The notes beneath the pieces are model-generated. The model did not search any database. It was not told the DNA's origin and worked only from the letters and a program-made list of their open reading frames with translations. Source: Blastocystis sp. subtype 4 (taxonomy: Eukaryota). From it: DNA of 64,000 nucleotides. The stretch is taken from positions 1-64,000 of the forward strand of contig NW_014569465.1 in the NCBI RefSeq assembly GCF_000743755.1. Reading direction: 5' to 3'. Positions within the stretch are counted from its first letter, which is position 1. Each line of letters begins with the position of its first letter. This document shows positions 13,489-26,239 of this stretch, piece by piece. Both the position numbers and the translations under genes were made by a program.

Positions 13489-14952
13489 ATGAGTGCAAAT
13501 AACGCAAAATCAGTTTCAAAGAAGGAGAACAGTATGGATTGGAGAAAGGATTGGAGAGAGTATTTGACAACTACCGTTTCGAAGGAAATGAAGGAGTGTA
13601 TGATAAGAGTTAATATTGAAAATGGAAGTATGAGTGGAGTATGTAAGAGAGGAGAAGAGGTGGTAGAGGTGACATGGAACAGAAGAGAGAATGAGAACAA
13701 CGTGGAATTGATTCTCGTACACTTGAAAAATCATTCAATAAGAGTATTGAAAGGGTCAGAAGGAGAAGAATTGACTGAAATGGATTTGAGTGAATTGGTT
13801 GAGAATGAAATTGTTGATTTGAATGTAGATGGAAGGAGATGGGAAGGAGGAGTATTGAAGGAAGATGTGTTTGGATATGGTCGTTTGTATGATGAAGAAA
13901 ATCGAATTGAATATGATGGTTGGATAATCGAAGGAAAGAAGAGATGTTATGGAATTGAGTATTGGAGTGATACTGGTTTGATGAAATATTCCGGCTGTTA
14001 CTTCAATGGATTGAAGAATGGATATGGAATATTGTATGATCTCAAAGGAAATGTCATTTACCGGGGGTATTTTAATGATGATTGTGGTATTGGTGAGAAT
14101 ATTGAAATGAAATGGGGAAGGAATAGTGAACTGAGTATTGATAGTTATGTTGTAACACTTATGATTACTAATGGTTTCAGTTCTGCCAACTCATCATTGA
14201 TATTGAATTATCCACTGATGTCATTGAAACAAATTGAGATTGGAAATGACTGTTTCAAGAAAGTGAGTCAATTTGTGATTGATGGATTGAGTGAGTTGGA
14301 AAGTGTAAAGATTGGATGGAGTAGCTTCTATCTCGATAAGAGCCTTAGAAGAGATAGTAAATGTGTGATAATGAATTGTGATCGATTGAAAGAAATCCAC
14401 GTTGGAGGTTTTTCATTCTGTTATTGTGAATCTTTTGAATTGAAGAATCTTCCTTCTCTTATATCCATTCAACTGGATGAAAGTTCGTTTTATCAGTGTA
14501 ATTCTGTCATATTTGAGAGTATGAATGATCGAATGAATAATAAGCAGATCTATATCGACTTCAATCTATCACTCTTGGATATGAGGTTTTTCAAGGAGAT
14601 TATGATACAAGAGAATCGAATGAATTGATAATGAAGAGTATGAGTGAGTATGATATTGATTGATCAGATCTCCCTTGTCTATCTCTAATCAAAGGAGATA
14701 CTGGCAGTATGTACAATGTAGGCAAAGTGGTATTGGAGAGTAATGATTGATCATCGTATTTGAATTAGACATCCCATCACTCACTGAAGATGGAATACAG
14801 ATGAAAGGATCATTCAGAGAAGTGAATGACTTAAATAGTTCTAGTATGATTGACGAACTGATAATGATTTAGATGATTCTTCTCTTGGTCAATTTGTTCA
14901 GATGCGGAGTAGGTATATCCGAAGGATGACTGATTTGATGGGCACTTGCTAA
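13489..14952 (+). CDS. Lineage-expanded MORN-like repeat plus BspA-like leucine-rich repeat protein
   Basis: RWEGG..FGYGRLYDEENRIEYDG repeats, then LKQIEIGNDCF/LESVKIGWSSF/LPSLISIQL LRR units split by short introns; TAA 14950-14952. Confidence 0.7.
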
Positions 14953-14981
14953 GTTTGTTCCTCTTTGTTAACAAACACATG

Positions 14982-17900
14982 TACGCCTCAACAGGAGTAG
15001 TATTCTTATTGACTTTTACCTTCTTCAAAGGAAGGATTGGGAGTTTACGTTTAGACTTAAAGACAGTTATGTAAAGTATACCAATTACGATCAAAGCAAG
15101 AACAACAATAACACCAATCACAATCCAAAAGATCATTCCAGCTGAAAGAATCCTCACTGTTAACTCCAGACTTGTAGATAATGATCCTAAATCATTTCGA
15201 GCCTCAACTGTGATTGTCACAGAATTGGAGGTTTGCAGGGGTTTCCCAGAAATCTCTCCTGTTTCTGCATTCAATACCAATCCTTCAGGTAATTCTCCTA
15301 AAGTGATTAAGAATTGAGCATGATCTCCATTCACTGAAGGAATGAGGGAAGAGGAACGTCCTTTGAGAAGAGTCGTACTGGATTTTGGATATTTGAATGA
15401 AGTTAGTCTAGTTTGAATTGTTAGTTCAAGTGTGAAGGACTCTCTTCTTCCTTCACTTGAAACATCAAATGAAACAGAATGAGAAATAACCGTTTCTGTA
15501 GGAGTACCTGAAATCACCCCGGTTTTCTCATCGAAGGTGAGACCAGTAGGAAGAGCACCTGATGCAATGGAAAATGTGAGATTGTTTCCTTCAATAGGAA
15601 TCGAGAATCGGAAGACTTCTCCTTTAGCAATCACAACCTTTTGAGGGAGACGAGAACATCGGTCTAATTTGATTGAACTCAGATAACCACTTGAACACTC
15701 TCGATACGAATAGCCCTTGTAGCCATATGGACAATGCGCAACAGAAACTTCACCGTAGAAAACTGCGGGATATTCACCAATTCCATCACAATAGGAAGAC
15801 ATAGGTTTACAATAGGCCATGTGAAGTGAATCGATTGTCATTGATGAGGAAGAGATTATTGAATACTCCCAGCGATACTTACGGAACCCAAGCAATGAAG
15901 GAGCGATGAGAATTTGAGGTTTGGTTCGACTGATAAGAGTGGCTGAAGATGTAGACTGAAAGAGTGGTACTTGTTCATCATATTGATAGCCATAAACATC
16001 CATACTGAATAAGTTTACCGTAGTACCTGTCAGAATATTAAATGAGTTCCATTTGCTTCCTTCCAGATTCTCAACAGTCCATTCAATGAATGTCACATCA
16101 CTGCTTGATAGCTGACCTCCTGTATTGGGATTCATATCCATAATCTCTTCAAGACTTCCAGAAGAGAGTGAGGATGATGTGACTTGAGAATATGAATCGA
16201 TAACTGTGGAACAGGCTTCCACTCCATACACTCCACTTGCATCGAATATAACAGTTGGAGATGAGGTACCTTGCACACGATGAATCTCAAATGCAATAAC
16301 ATTTGTACGAGCTTGAGCTTCTACCATGGACAAGATAACATGAAATTTGGAATAGAGTGTTGGATCATGAGCAGTGAGTGCTTCTGTGTTAGCATTGAAC
16401 TCGTCAGCAAGATTAAAACGAGCCACTAAATAAGCATTGAAGTATACAGCAACTCCACCCTCATACTTCATTCGTACGTTCAATACTCGATAATCAGATA
16501 TGCTGGGAATACTGAAAGATTTACGAATATAGGTTGTGACCGAAGACGATGATGGAATCTCCGAGGTTTTACAAGTTATCCAAGAAGAATCGTCTAGAAT
16601 AATGGAATTCCAATCAAAAGACACAGATTCAGATCCCTGATAAACTTTCCACTCTGTTGAATCTGAATGGAAAGGAATCACTGTCGAAAAGACAGTAGTA
16701 ACGTAGTTACGATTGCTTGGTAACTCCATGATCTCTAATTCCATTTGTTCATCGCTAAAAAGGAGTGTATAACCACTTCTCGCACTCCATCCATCACCAT
16801 AAGAATCTTGTGCCTGAAATGTGTAAATTCCAGGATTCAGACAAAAATCAAAGTAATAATACCCATTGGATACAGGGAAATCATTACAAGTTTGAATGCT
16901 ATTGGATGTGCTTCGACCTTGATGAAGTCTCCAAGAATTATCTTGAGGATAACCGTCACTTCGGACTCGAACGGTAAACAAATTGGAACAATCGACTACT
17001 TCAACACTGATCATACCCAACACACTTCCAACCTCTCCAATAGCTGAAATGAAATAATACCTAGCTTCGGATAATTCTGTTGGAGTACCAGAGATAGTAC
17101 AAGATGAGCTAATGGAAAGACCAGAAGGGAGTGGTGGAGAGATACGACATTGTGAAAAAGATTCATGTGGAATGACATTAACAACAGGACGATTCTTATA
17201 GAAAGTGTATTCAAAGAATGGATACTCCAATTCTTCTGTCTCATAACAACTAACGAACTGTATTTCAAAAAGTCTCACTTCAGTGTTCGTTGGCATGATT
17301 AGTTTGAATTGTCGATAACGTGTGTCTGTGGCCATTAGTTGAATGTAATTCCATTGCTCGTAGACATAGGAAAAAGAAGTGGAAACTGTTTCCCAATCGG
17401 AGTCATCATCCCTCTTTGCTTCAACAACAAAGGGAATGGATTGTGTTGATATGGGCCACATTCGAAGATGAGTAACGAATGGTATCACCTTCTCCAACGT
17501 GAAGATAAGAGAACGAGAAGATAATGAACCAGGTATTCGTGCAAATGAATCGATATTCCAATCAATACAATTCGATGAACCAGTAATATCATCAGATGAC
17601 ACAGTTACTGAATAAGGATACGCATAGCACGTCATATCTGAGAAACCTTCACGATATGAGACGAGAGCATCAAAATCAATCGTTTCTCGAGTTTCCAGTG
17701 TTGGATAGTGTAACTCTGCAGCAAGGTTATTGGAACTTGAGTCAACAACCCATGAAGGAAGAATGACACCACGATAATCATAGTCCTCATAACCACCAGT
17801 AGCCGTTGTGTTGGTTGTAATGGTTCCTGAAGGCATATTATCACGATAAATCTCCCATCCATTCAAATAGACTACAATGCCATATCGATATCGAAATAAA

Positions 17901-18784
17901 CATTCAACAATACAACTGTAACACCCATAAAATGATGAACGATAATAGACGGTACCTGAAGTCTCAACACTCGAATTGAATGATACCAAAGTCCAACCAT
18001 ATGTATTCGATGAACTGAACCAATTAGAAAGATATGTTGTTCGATAATACCAACTCGACTCCTTTCCAATTCCTGTAGCCAAAGAGAATGGAATCGATTC
18101 TTCTAAGTTCTTTGTCATTATCGTTTTTAGTATCACAGTATCATAGATATTCCGTAGTTCTATCCATGCACCACCTGACCAAGTACCATTTCCACTCTCC
18201 CTCATCACTAGTGTATACTGAGAATTGGATGTACTTGGAAGACAAATTGAAAGAGTAGTTTGATTGTTATTTGTAAATGGTGGTGACGAATATGCTATCA
18301 CTGATCCATATTTGATATCAAATGATTCCTTTTCTGCAGCTGTAGTAGTCTTTTTGATAACCTTTACTGGAACACCATAACATGATTCACTCACGGGCGT
18401 TCTAGTGAAGGTGAACTGCTGTTCTCTTGAATTTGTCATAACAGCTCTTACCAGTAATCTGCTTTGAGCATCACGTATTTCCACATATGCACCTGAACTC
18501 CAGGAATCACCATAATTATCATAAAGAATGAGATTGAACTGATTAACAGAGAGTGGAAGACACAATTCGTGTGTATAAACATTATTGTTCCCATAAGAAG
18601 GAGAAGTAAAATAGACTGTAGATGAAGTTCGAATGGTAAATGATTCCTCGTTACCATAACTTGTACACTGTTTGATAATGGTCACATGGAATTGACTATT
18701 TGAACAGGTTATAGATTTCACTGTTGCCACTAGACGTCAACGATTAGGATAACTGGAACATAAGAATAGAAGAACGATAAACAT
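14982..18784 (-). CDS. Large (~1260 aa) type I surface protein with repeated beta-sandwich modules, putative Ig (He_PIG-like) domains and a C-terminal TM
   Basis: Signal peptide exon MFIVLLFL-LATVKS; repeated YGDSWSSG/SGNGTWSGG/YGDGWS motifs; LPSGLSI..ISGTP, LPTGLTFDEKTGVISGTP, LPEGLVLNAETGEISGKP; TM IFWIVIGVIVVLALIVIGILYI; stop predicted as TA+A at 14983-14982. Confidence 0.85.
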
Positions 18785-19799
18785 GCTGAATTGATAAACT
18801 AATATGGATAACAAATCGTTGTCGAACCGCGGGGATTCTGAATGAGTGCACAATCTCTGTCAATATGATTCATTGGGTTGAAATGATGGCTGCTTTTTGA
18901 AAGGGAAATAGAGTAGTTCGGGGTGACATCAACCCAGTATTCAAAACAAACTAGTACAAAGCTTAAGTTGGAATATGGATTTCTCCAACACTTTTAGGAG
19001 TAAGAAGCAGAAAAGATGTTGGACCCTTATTTGAGTATAATCGACTCACTAGAAGACATATTCATTTCAACATATAGAAACGACACACTTCCTTACACTT
19101 GAATTGATTATTCTTATAATGCAGCAAGATTCGTTTGTTCACAGAATATTGCAACCAACATTTGAATACGTTAAGAGGACTTGATAACTGTTAGAAGGCA
19201 TGAAATTACTTTGTATGGATGTATCTATTCGAATGATCGTCAACAAGAAGATCTACAGCTCGATATGCCAAAAAATGGTGGATGAAGATAGCCGACCAAT
19301 ATAGACTCTATTTTTATTATCAAGAGGCAATAGATGAGATAGTTTATGAACGTTACGAGATTGTGACAAGCATTATTAGAATGACTATTGGACCTGACAA
19401 ATATACATTTGGTGAATTATAATCATTATAAAGTGGAACATCTGTAGAATACTATTCATAATTCCTATATTGTTTATGTCATTTACAACTAAACTATGTA
19501 GTTGCTAGTACCATCAATGCTTCTAGAGTGAACTGTAATGAATATCCAAAGTACCTTTTATGAATTGTACCATTTATCATTTATTACAGTTGTACATCTC
19601 AAGAGGAGGTGATTATGTTAGCCGCTTGAATAAACAACCATCTCTTCAACCAAATTGTATTTTAAGATGATAATATTGAGTCAATAGAAAAGTATCCACA
19701 AGAAGAGAATTGCGGAAATCAATTCGTTACTCTTTTGTCTTATGAGCAACATTAATGTTACAAGTTCTAGTCATCTCTGAATCTTTGGTGACTATGTAA

Positions 19800-20140
19800 T
19801 AAGTGGTATTGAAATGAAGAGTGGAAGTGAAGTGAATGGAGAAGCAATAATGAGAGAATTGATAGATAATGAAGAGTATGAATGATATTGATGATTGATT
19901 GATCAGATCTTTTTTTCTCCATCTTCATTCATAGGAGATGGTGACAATTACTGGTTTGTAGGCAAGTGATATTGGAGAGTAATGATTAATGATTGAATTT
20001 GAATTGGGCATTCCATCACTCATACAAGGAATACAGATAGATAGTGTGGCATTCAAGAATGTCAAAGAATTGAGTAGTTTGAGTACGCTTGTTTTTTTGA
20101 TAATGATTGAGATGCTGATTCACTCTACCGAATAGTGAGA
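19800..20140 (+). pseudogene. Degenerate 3' fragment of the MORN/LRR family gene
   Basis: Colinear similarity to 14620-14900 (gataatgaagagtatga...gattgatcagatct...gtaggcaa..tggagagtaatgatt...ccatcactca...ggaatacagat) with frameshifts and no ORF. Confidence 0.6.
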
Positions 20141-20269
20141 TCCAGAATAGTTGTTGTACTGTATATTTATCTATCTCTTTGTTCAGAAAATCATTTCTAT
20201 CGTATCAGTCTGCAGTTATACTCTCAACCAAATAAAAAAAGCTGTAAAGAACAATCATTATTCACTCCA

Positions 20270-20924
20270 ATGAATCAACTTTCTCCTCTTGCTCGCACTT
20301 ATAAGGAGGCATTTGATGGAAGAATGATTGTCTTTGATATGGATGGTAGGTTTCGATTCTGTTGCCAATACTAGGAACATTGTGGTGGTTCTGGATGGAT
20401 ACTCATATCACTCCTCCAGTCAAGCGACATGGAATGGGATTCAAAGATCGGTACGAATAAGAATCGGGATTCATGAAAGAGATGGAAATGTATTCGACTT
20501 TTTCCCTGATGTCCGAGAAATTCTTCTTGCCCTTCATGAAGCGGGAATTCCAATTGCTTTAGCAAGTAGTACATGGGCTCCTTCTTTGTCGGGTTGTCTG
20601 ATTCTATCTAATATAGAGGTCAAAAAATTATAGATCTTATCAAAGTTGATGAGCATCGAACACTTGGTGACATTGTTAGTTATCGAGAACTCATTACGTG
20701 TCGGAAATTTACCCATTTTGAAAATATTAAAAACGAATCCTGTTATTCGTATGAACAGATGATCTTTATCGATGATGAGAAGCACAATCTCGATGACGTA
20801 ATTTTTGAATAGTAACAGTGATTTATAGATTGAAACAATAGGAGTGATGTGTTTTTATGAACCTCAAGGAATATCCAAAAAGGTATTTGAGAAGATTGTA
20901 AAACGAGTAATGAAGGAATGCTAA
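20270..20924 (+). CDS. Magnesium-dependent phosphatase 1 (HAD IIIC)
   Basis: Spliced IVFDMDGTLW, FFPDVREILLAL...IALASST, MIFIDDEKHN. Confidence 0.85.
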
Positions 20925-21004
20925 TAGATAAAATTCGTGTTGTTTGTTACAAGGGTACCAAGAAACACGAGATGGAAGGATCCTCGTTGTAACATCATAT
21001 TAAT

Positions 21005-23322
21005 ATGATTTGGTTGCTGTTTGTCTCGTTCGTTGCGTCTCTATCTTATTCGATTCTGATTGAGTCAATTCCGTCCTGTGACGAGCTATCGCAAATCTGT
21101 ATTGTTTCTCAAAATGGCAAGTATCAAATGATCATTCCTCATTATTTATTAACTTGCTATTCGAGTTCAGAGAAGGAAACGCTCCAAGACCTCCTTTCTG
21201 ATAGGACTGTCGACATCAGTGAATTCCAGTCTATTGATTTCCTTCAACATCACTTCTTTGACCTACATGGGTTGAGTCCACATGTTATTGTTTTGCGCTG
21301 TTTGCCTCCATTTTCCTCTGTTCTTCTTCCCGTTCAACTTCCTAATACTCCTATCCACCTTCAAAACTATCGAGTACTCATGAGAACGAGTTGTGATTCT
21401 AGATTCGTGGTTGCGCGAATGTCCGATTTATCCAATCAAACTCAAATGCAACTTTCTTTCAATATACCTTTGCTGCAGACTCTTCACACAAGAATCTTGT
21501 TGACATTGTGTTCGCCATTAGTCTCATTCTCTTCACTGTTCTCACCATTATCTATTTCATATAGTACGTTTTTCTTATGAGATTCATTTAGTATGTATCT
21601 TCGGGAACATTTTTCACTTTCCATAATCCGAGACTATTTCCGCCCTGTTTCCAAAACTCCTAGTATTTGGCGACTTGATGGAGGTAAAGATGGTGTGTGG
21701 CGACGTCAGGAGGAAGCATGTATCACTACCGAGTCTTCGTATACCATGTATTTTTCAGAAGCCACTCATCAACTCTTATGGCTTCCATCACAATGTTGTC
21801 CAGGAGTACCAGCAACCCATGTTAATGTTCGAGCTCTCTATGATGAAGAATTGAATATCAAACTACGATGGTTCTATTCCCAAATTGCTCAGTTATCGAC
21901 AGATAAACGAATTCGAATCATTCTCAATCGAAGGACAGTTCTTCATGATACTCTTCTGGCTTTTGCTACTCTGACGAAGGAAGATATGGCCAAACAGATT
22001 CGACTTCAATTCAATGGAGAGGTGAGTTCTTAAATACACGTTAATTGTAGCCAGGAATCGATGCTGGAGGCTTATCCAGAGAATGGATCGCTCTTCTTGT
22101 TCGTAATGTCTTCACAGCGGAATCTGATGGGGATTCCAATCAACCACCAGAAGAACGTTTTGTGATGAGAATTGATCATTCTTCACCTCGCGATGATTCT
22201 GCAGAGAACATTCGATATTTCCATGATTATTCTCTCTCTCCACGATCCTTCACCTCTATGTTCGTATATACATCCCACGGTTATTTACCAAATCCAGCAG
22301 TCAATTATCCTCCACCACGGATAGCATCAGATGGCTCGAAAAGACGTGATTCACTAGATATGGAAGCCTCACCTCATTGTCTCAGTGAAGGAATTGAGAG
22401 AAACTATCAGTTTGTCGGAAGACTCATAGGAAGGGCAATTTTTGATGGTATTCCATTGGGAATTTCATTGAATCCATTGATGTGAAAATCGAAAGAATGA
22501 ATAAGCTTGTAGTGTGAAGGCTATTCTCTCGATTCCATTAACTGAAAAAGATATTCAGTTTGTTAATGAGGATCTCTGTAAAGGCATTTCACAACTTCAA
22601 TCCATTGTGAATGAATCATCAGATGATGAACTAGGTTTGTTCTTCTCTGTGGATATGAATTCACATGATGGTAAGGAAGTGGAAGAACTTGACCTGATTC
22701 CAGGTGGCAGAAATAGGCGTGTTTCTTCTGAGAATGTCGAAGAGTATTCTGAGTTGATGACAAAACATTATCTTTATGACAATTACCGAAATAGTCTTTA
22801 TTATCTATTAAATGGGATCTTTGAAGTCATTCCTCAGGACTACTTTGCAATATTCACAGAATCAGAATTACAACAGATTCTTGAAGGAGAGAAGACGATA
22901 AGTGTAGCTGATTGGAGAGCGAATACTGTCTATACGAATGAGTTTCATGATAAACATCCTGTGGTCGAAGCATTCTGGCGCATTGTATCTCGTTGGACAT
23001 GTGAAAGGCAATCTTTGTTACTGTGCTTTGCTACTGGATATTGTTATCCTCCAGTGATCCGTTTGAGAGTGAGAATGATAGATAGATCCTTGGATTCTCT
23101 CATTTGAAAGGACCTGATGGACGAACCATGCCCTTCTGTTTAGCTCCTCTGCCATATGAAGTGAGAGAAGCACCCAACGAGAGTGTGATTCGATTCCAGT
23201 TACGTTCACATACCTGTTTTCACAAATTGGAGATTCCTTTGGTAAATGAAGAGGAATTAGAAAGAGTAATGGTTGCTACGATTGAATCAGAGAATGGATG
23301 TTTTGGGTTTGATGAAGAATAA
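21005..23322 (+). CDS. HECT-domain E3 ubiquitin ligase
   Basis: QFNGE-PGIDAGGLSREW, FVGRLIGRAIF, DWRANTVY, LLCFATG, RSHTCFHKLEIP with catalytic Cys. Confidence 0.9.
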
Positions 23323-23329
23323 ACAAGAT

Positions 23330-24827
23330 ATCCATTTACGAAACTATTAAGTTGTCGAATGAGCTGTTTCTTGTACACAGAAGGAGATAACTACAAGTAA
23401 TAGAACACGTCCATATATACACGACGCCAACGATGAGGATGCATCCATCGATAGCGAGAAGGATATCGAGTCAACACATCTTCAATCTCAATAACCACTA
23501 AACAGTTTCCTTTCTTGTCAATGAGGCAATTCATATTCTTCCTACACTGGATTCATCAGGATCAACAATAGTAAACACAACAGAATAAGCTGTACAATTC
23601 AATAGAAAGAGAAAGTGAAGGTTATCAGTTAGAACTGAGAACAATTGTCGTTTGACCTCCTCCTTCATATCACAATAGTCACGAAGATGTTTGGAAGATA
23701 GCTTATACCCATCAATACAAATCCTTCTGCTTTGTCTTGGGATAGGTTGAGGAACAAGCGAGATGGGATTGGCAATTACCACTCCATAGAAACGAAGTCG
23801 TTGTTGTTTGATTTTAATTCGAAAAAGACAACAAAACAAGGGAAGAAAACAGATTTCATGAAAACGACGATACTGTAATTCATTCTCTATATAGATTCCT
23901 ACTGTCAACAACGAGCGCATCATACTCAACAAATTGTTCTTTTTTCGATGATCAATCCGAATCAGTAAAAAGTACTGCTTCTGATTCATCGCCTTCGGTT
24001 TCCAGAAGGACTCAAAACAAGCTACAATGGAACTTACAGAAATAGCGTTGAGTTCTCGATAATATGAAAACACACATGGTGCATATTCTTTGATATGAAT
24101 TGTGAACTCTGATTTATTTGGCACTTCGATTCGTCTGCCTCGGCGGTAGCTTACAAGAGAACAATGAGGTGTGAAGGAGTAATGCTTTGTTTCTTGGAAT
24201 TCCAATTCGGTTACCGTTTTGATGCGATTTTCATTATCCTATTGATCTCATGAATCCATAATAAGGATACAATTATTGCTATCTGAATCCCTAACCACAT
24301 TCCATACTGGAAGAGACTCTCCTCATTTGCACTTGGAACAAGATACAATGGTCTATTTATTGCAGTGTCAATAGACTCGACCTATATTCGGATCAACACG
24401 CCAACTCTACCATCATCGAATTCCTGTTTGAAATGGATGCTATTCTTTGATTTTCAAACGTAGACATTAAAATATCATTCTACAAACTTCAAGTCCCAGT
24501 CTTACATCAAACATAGTGTTTATGAATATACTTCGCTTCATTATACTGTTTTCGGAATACTGCAATAATCAAATAACAGAGTTGCTCCAATATCAAACAA
24601 ATGCTAACAAAGAATCGAGAAACCGGATCCTCATTCTTTATCATACTGACAAATGATCCTGTGATTCATCCAGAAACGAAACACGACAATTGTACAAACT
24701 ACATCCATGAATTATCTTAGAACACCTCAATGAATCAGTTCAGTGAAAACAGTACTGGAACAGAAAAAAGATTAGGCAGGGTTATGTCAAAAGAAAGAAA
24801 TTGTATCAATTGGAATAAGCAATTCAT
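23330..24827 (-). CDS. Divergent phosphatidylinositol-phosphate kinase (PIPK)-like protein; boundaries uncertain
   Basis: FTIHIKEYAPCVFSYYRELNAIS, FLPLFCCLFRI, LHFL..LNCTAYS, SPSVYKKQL resemble PIP5K fold elements; catalytic motifs eroded. Confidence 0.55.
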
Positions 24828-24858
24828 TGATATCCAATTGGTTTGGTAACAAAGAACA

Positions 24859-26125
24859 CTAAGTAGTTTGATTCGGAGGGTTTCTTAAAGCTTGCACATA
24901 TTCTTCAAGTTTCTGTTTGATCGCATTTACTACTTCACAGTACGACGAACCAAGCAATACTATTCCGTGAGCTATTCTAATATGCCATTATCTAAATTAC
25001 ATTTCATTCTGGGATTGAATTCTTGGTAATTTGCTGATTGAATGAGACTATTCTCTCTCAACTCAATAGTGTAGATAACTGTATCATCGTGGTGTTTTGT
25101 AAGGATAGGTGTGACCATCTAGAATAGGAATGGATCCAATTAAGTACAATTCCAGGATGCAACTGTTTTTGCCAATATACACCTCGGTTTTGTTTCCAAT
25201 CTTCCACAGAAGCATAGAGCAACAAGAACTGGGGTTTGACTACAAAGATGCAGTGCTTCCATTTCTTGAAGAATACCTTTGTTTGAGTTCGTTTCATGAT
25301 AAGACCGCACAGATCCCCATCACAATAGAACAAATGTGGAAGGGTGTCACGAACGCGTGGTGTATATGTAGCATAGGCTGCCGCTGCTGTAGCCTCTTCA
25401 CATCCAGGATTCCATACACTCTCTTCTGTCACTACGGTCGAAACTTGATTTGTGGTTGTTGGAACGTACGATTCAGATTGAATGTATGTCGCATATTCTT
25501 CATCTCTTCGCAGAAGCAAATTTAGTCGATTGTCATTGCGATGCAAGAGGTAGATAAGTTCATTACTATTCCCTCTATCATTAGTACTCATCCTAATCCT
25601 TACAATGAATGCTGTCGTAGTGCCTCATGAACACGGCTATCACCCTGCATAACCATATTCCTCAGTTCTACTGCTTCCACTTCAGTGATTTCTCCAGCTA
25701 TCTGTAACAATGAGATCTCATCAAATAAGAGGTGGGCAGAATCCTCCATTGTTGTTTCGGAAACTGTATATGTTGTAGTCTGTGTTGCTAGTTGATTAGG
25801 TGTTGTAGTGAAGGGATAGTCCTGGATGTTTGCATAATCCTGTCTATCATTTCCCTGAAATAACAATTCCTCTGAAGATACGGGATTGGGAGTTGTCTCA
25901 GCAGGGATCATCGTTTGGTCAACTGTTTCTGTGGGCCCTGTTGGATTAGATTCTTCCTGGAGTGGTTGAACCACTCTTGGAGGAGGCACATAAGAGTGAT
26001 CCCAGCCACTTCTATAGGCTGGATCTGATTGTACATTATACACCTATAGATAATTAGACAAAAATGGAGGCTTCATTGGGATGACGTTGAGACCACGTCG
26101 TTGACGGTGGATTTTCATTATTCAT
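24859..26125 (-). CDS. PH-domain-containing protein
   Basis: GLIMKRTQTKVFFKKWKHCIFVVKPQFLLLY is PH-like; low-complexity N-terminus. Confidence 0.6.
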
Positions 26126-26239
26126 TTCTCAAGGACAAACAATTTGTAAGTGCGGGATCCTTCTTGGTTGTCGTGTTGCTAAAGTGACAACGAGAATCAA
26201 TTCTTCCTCAAATGGTTGATATAACAAGAATTTCAAGCA

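Noticed and set aside
18790..19800. Possible transposon or ncRNA in the long non-coding stretch
   Set aside because: No terminal repeats, transposase/RT remnants or tRNA/rRNA signatures recognisable by eye
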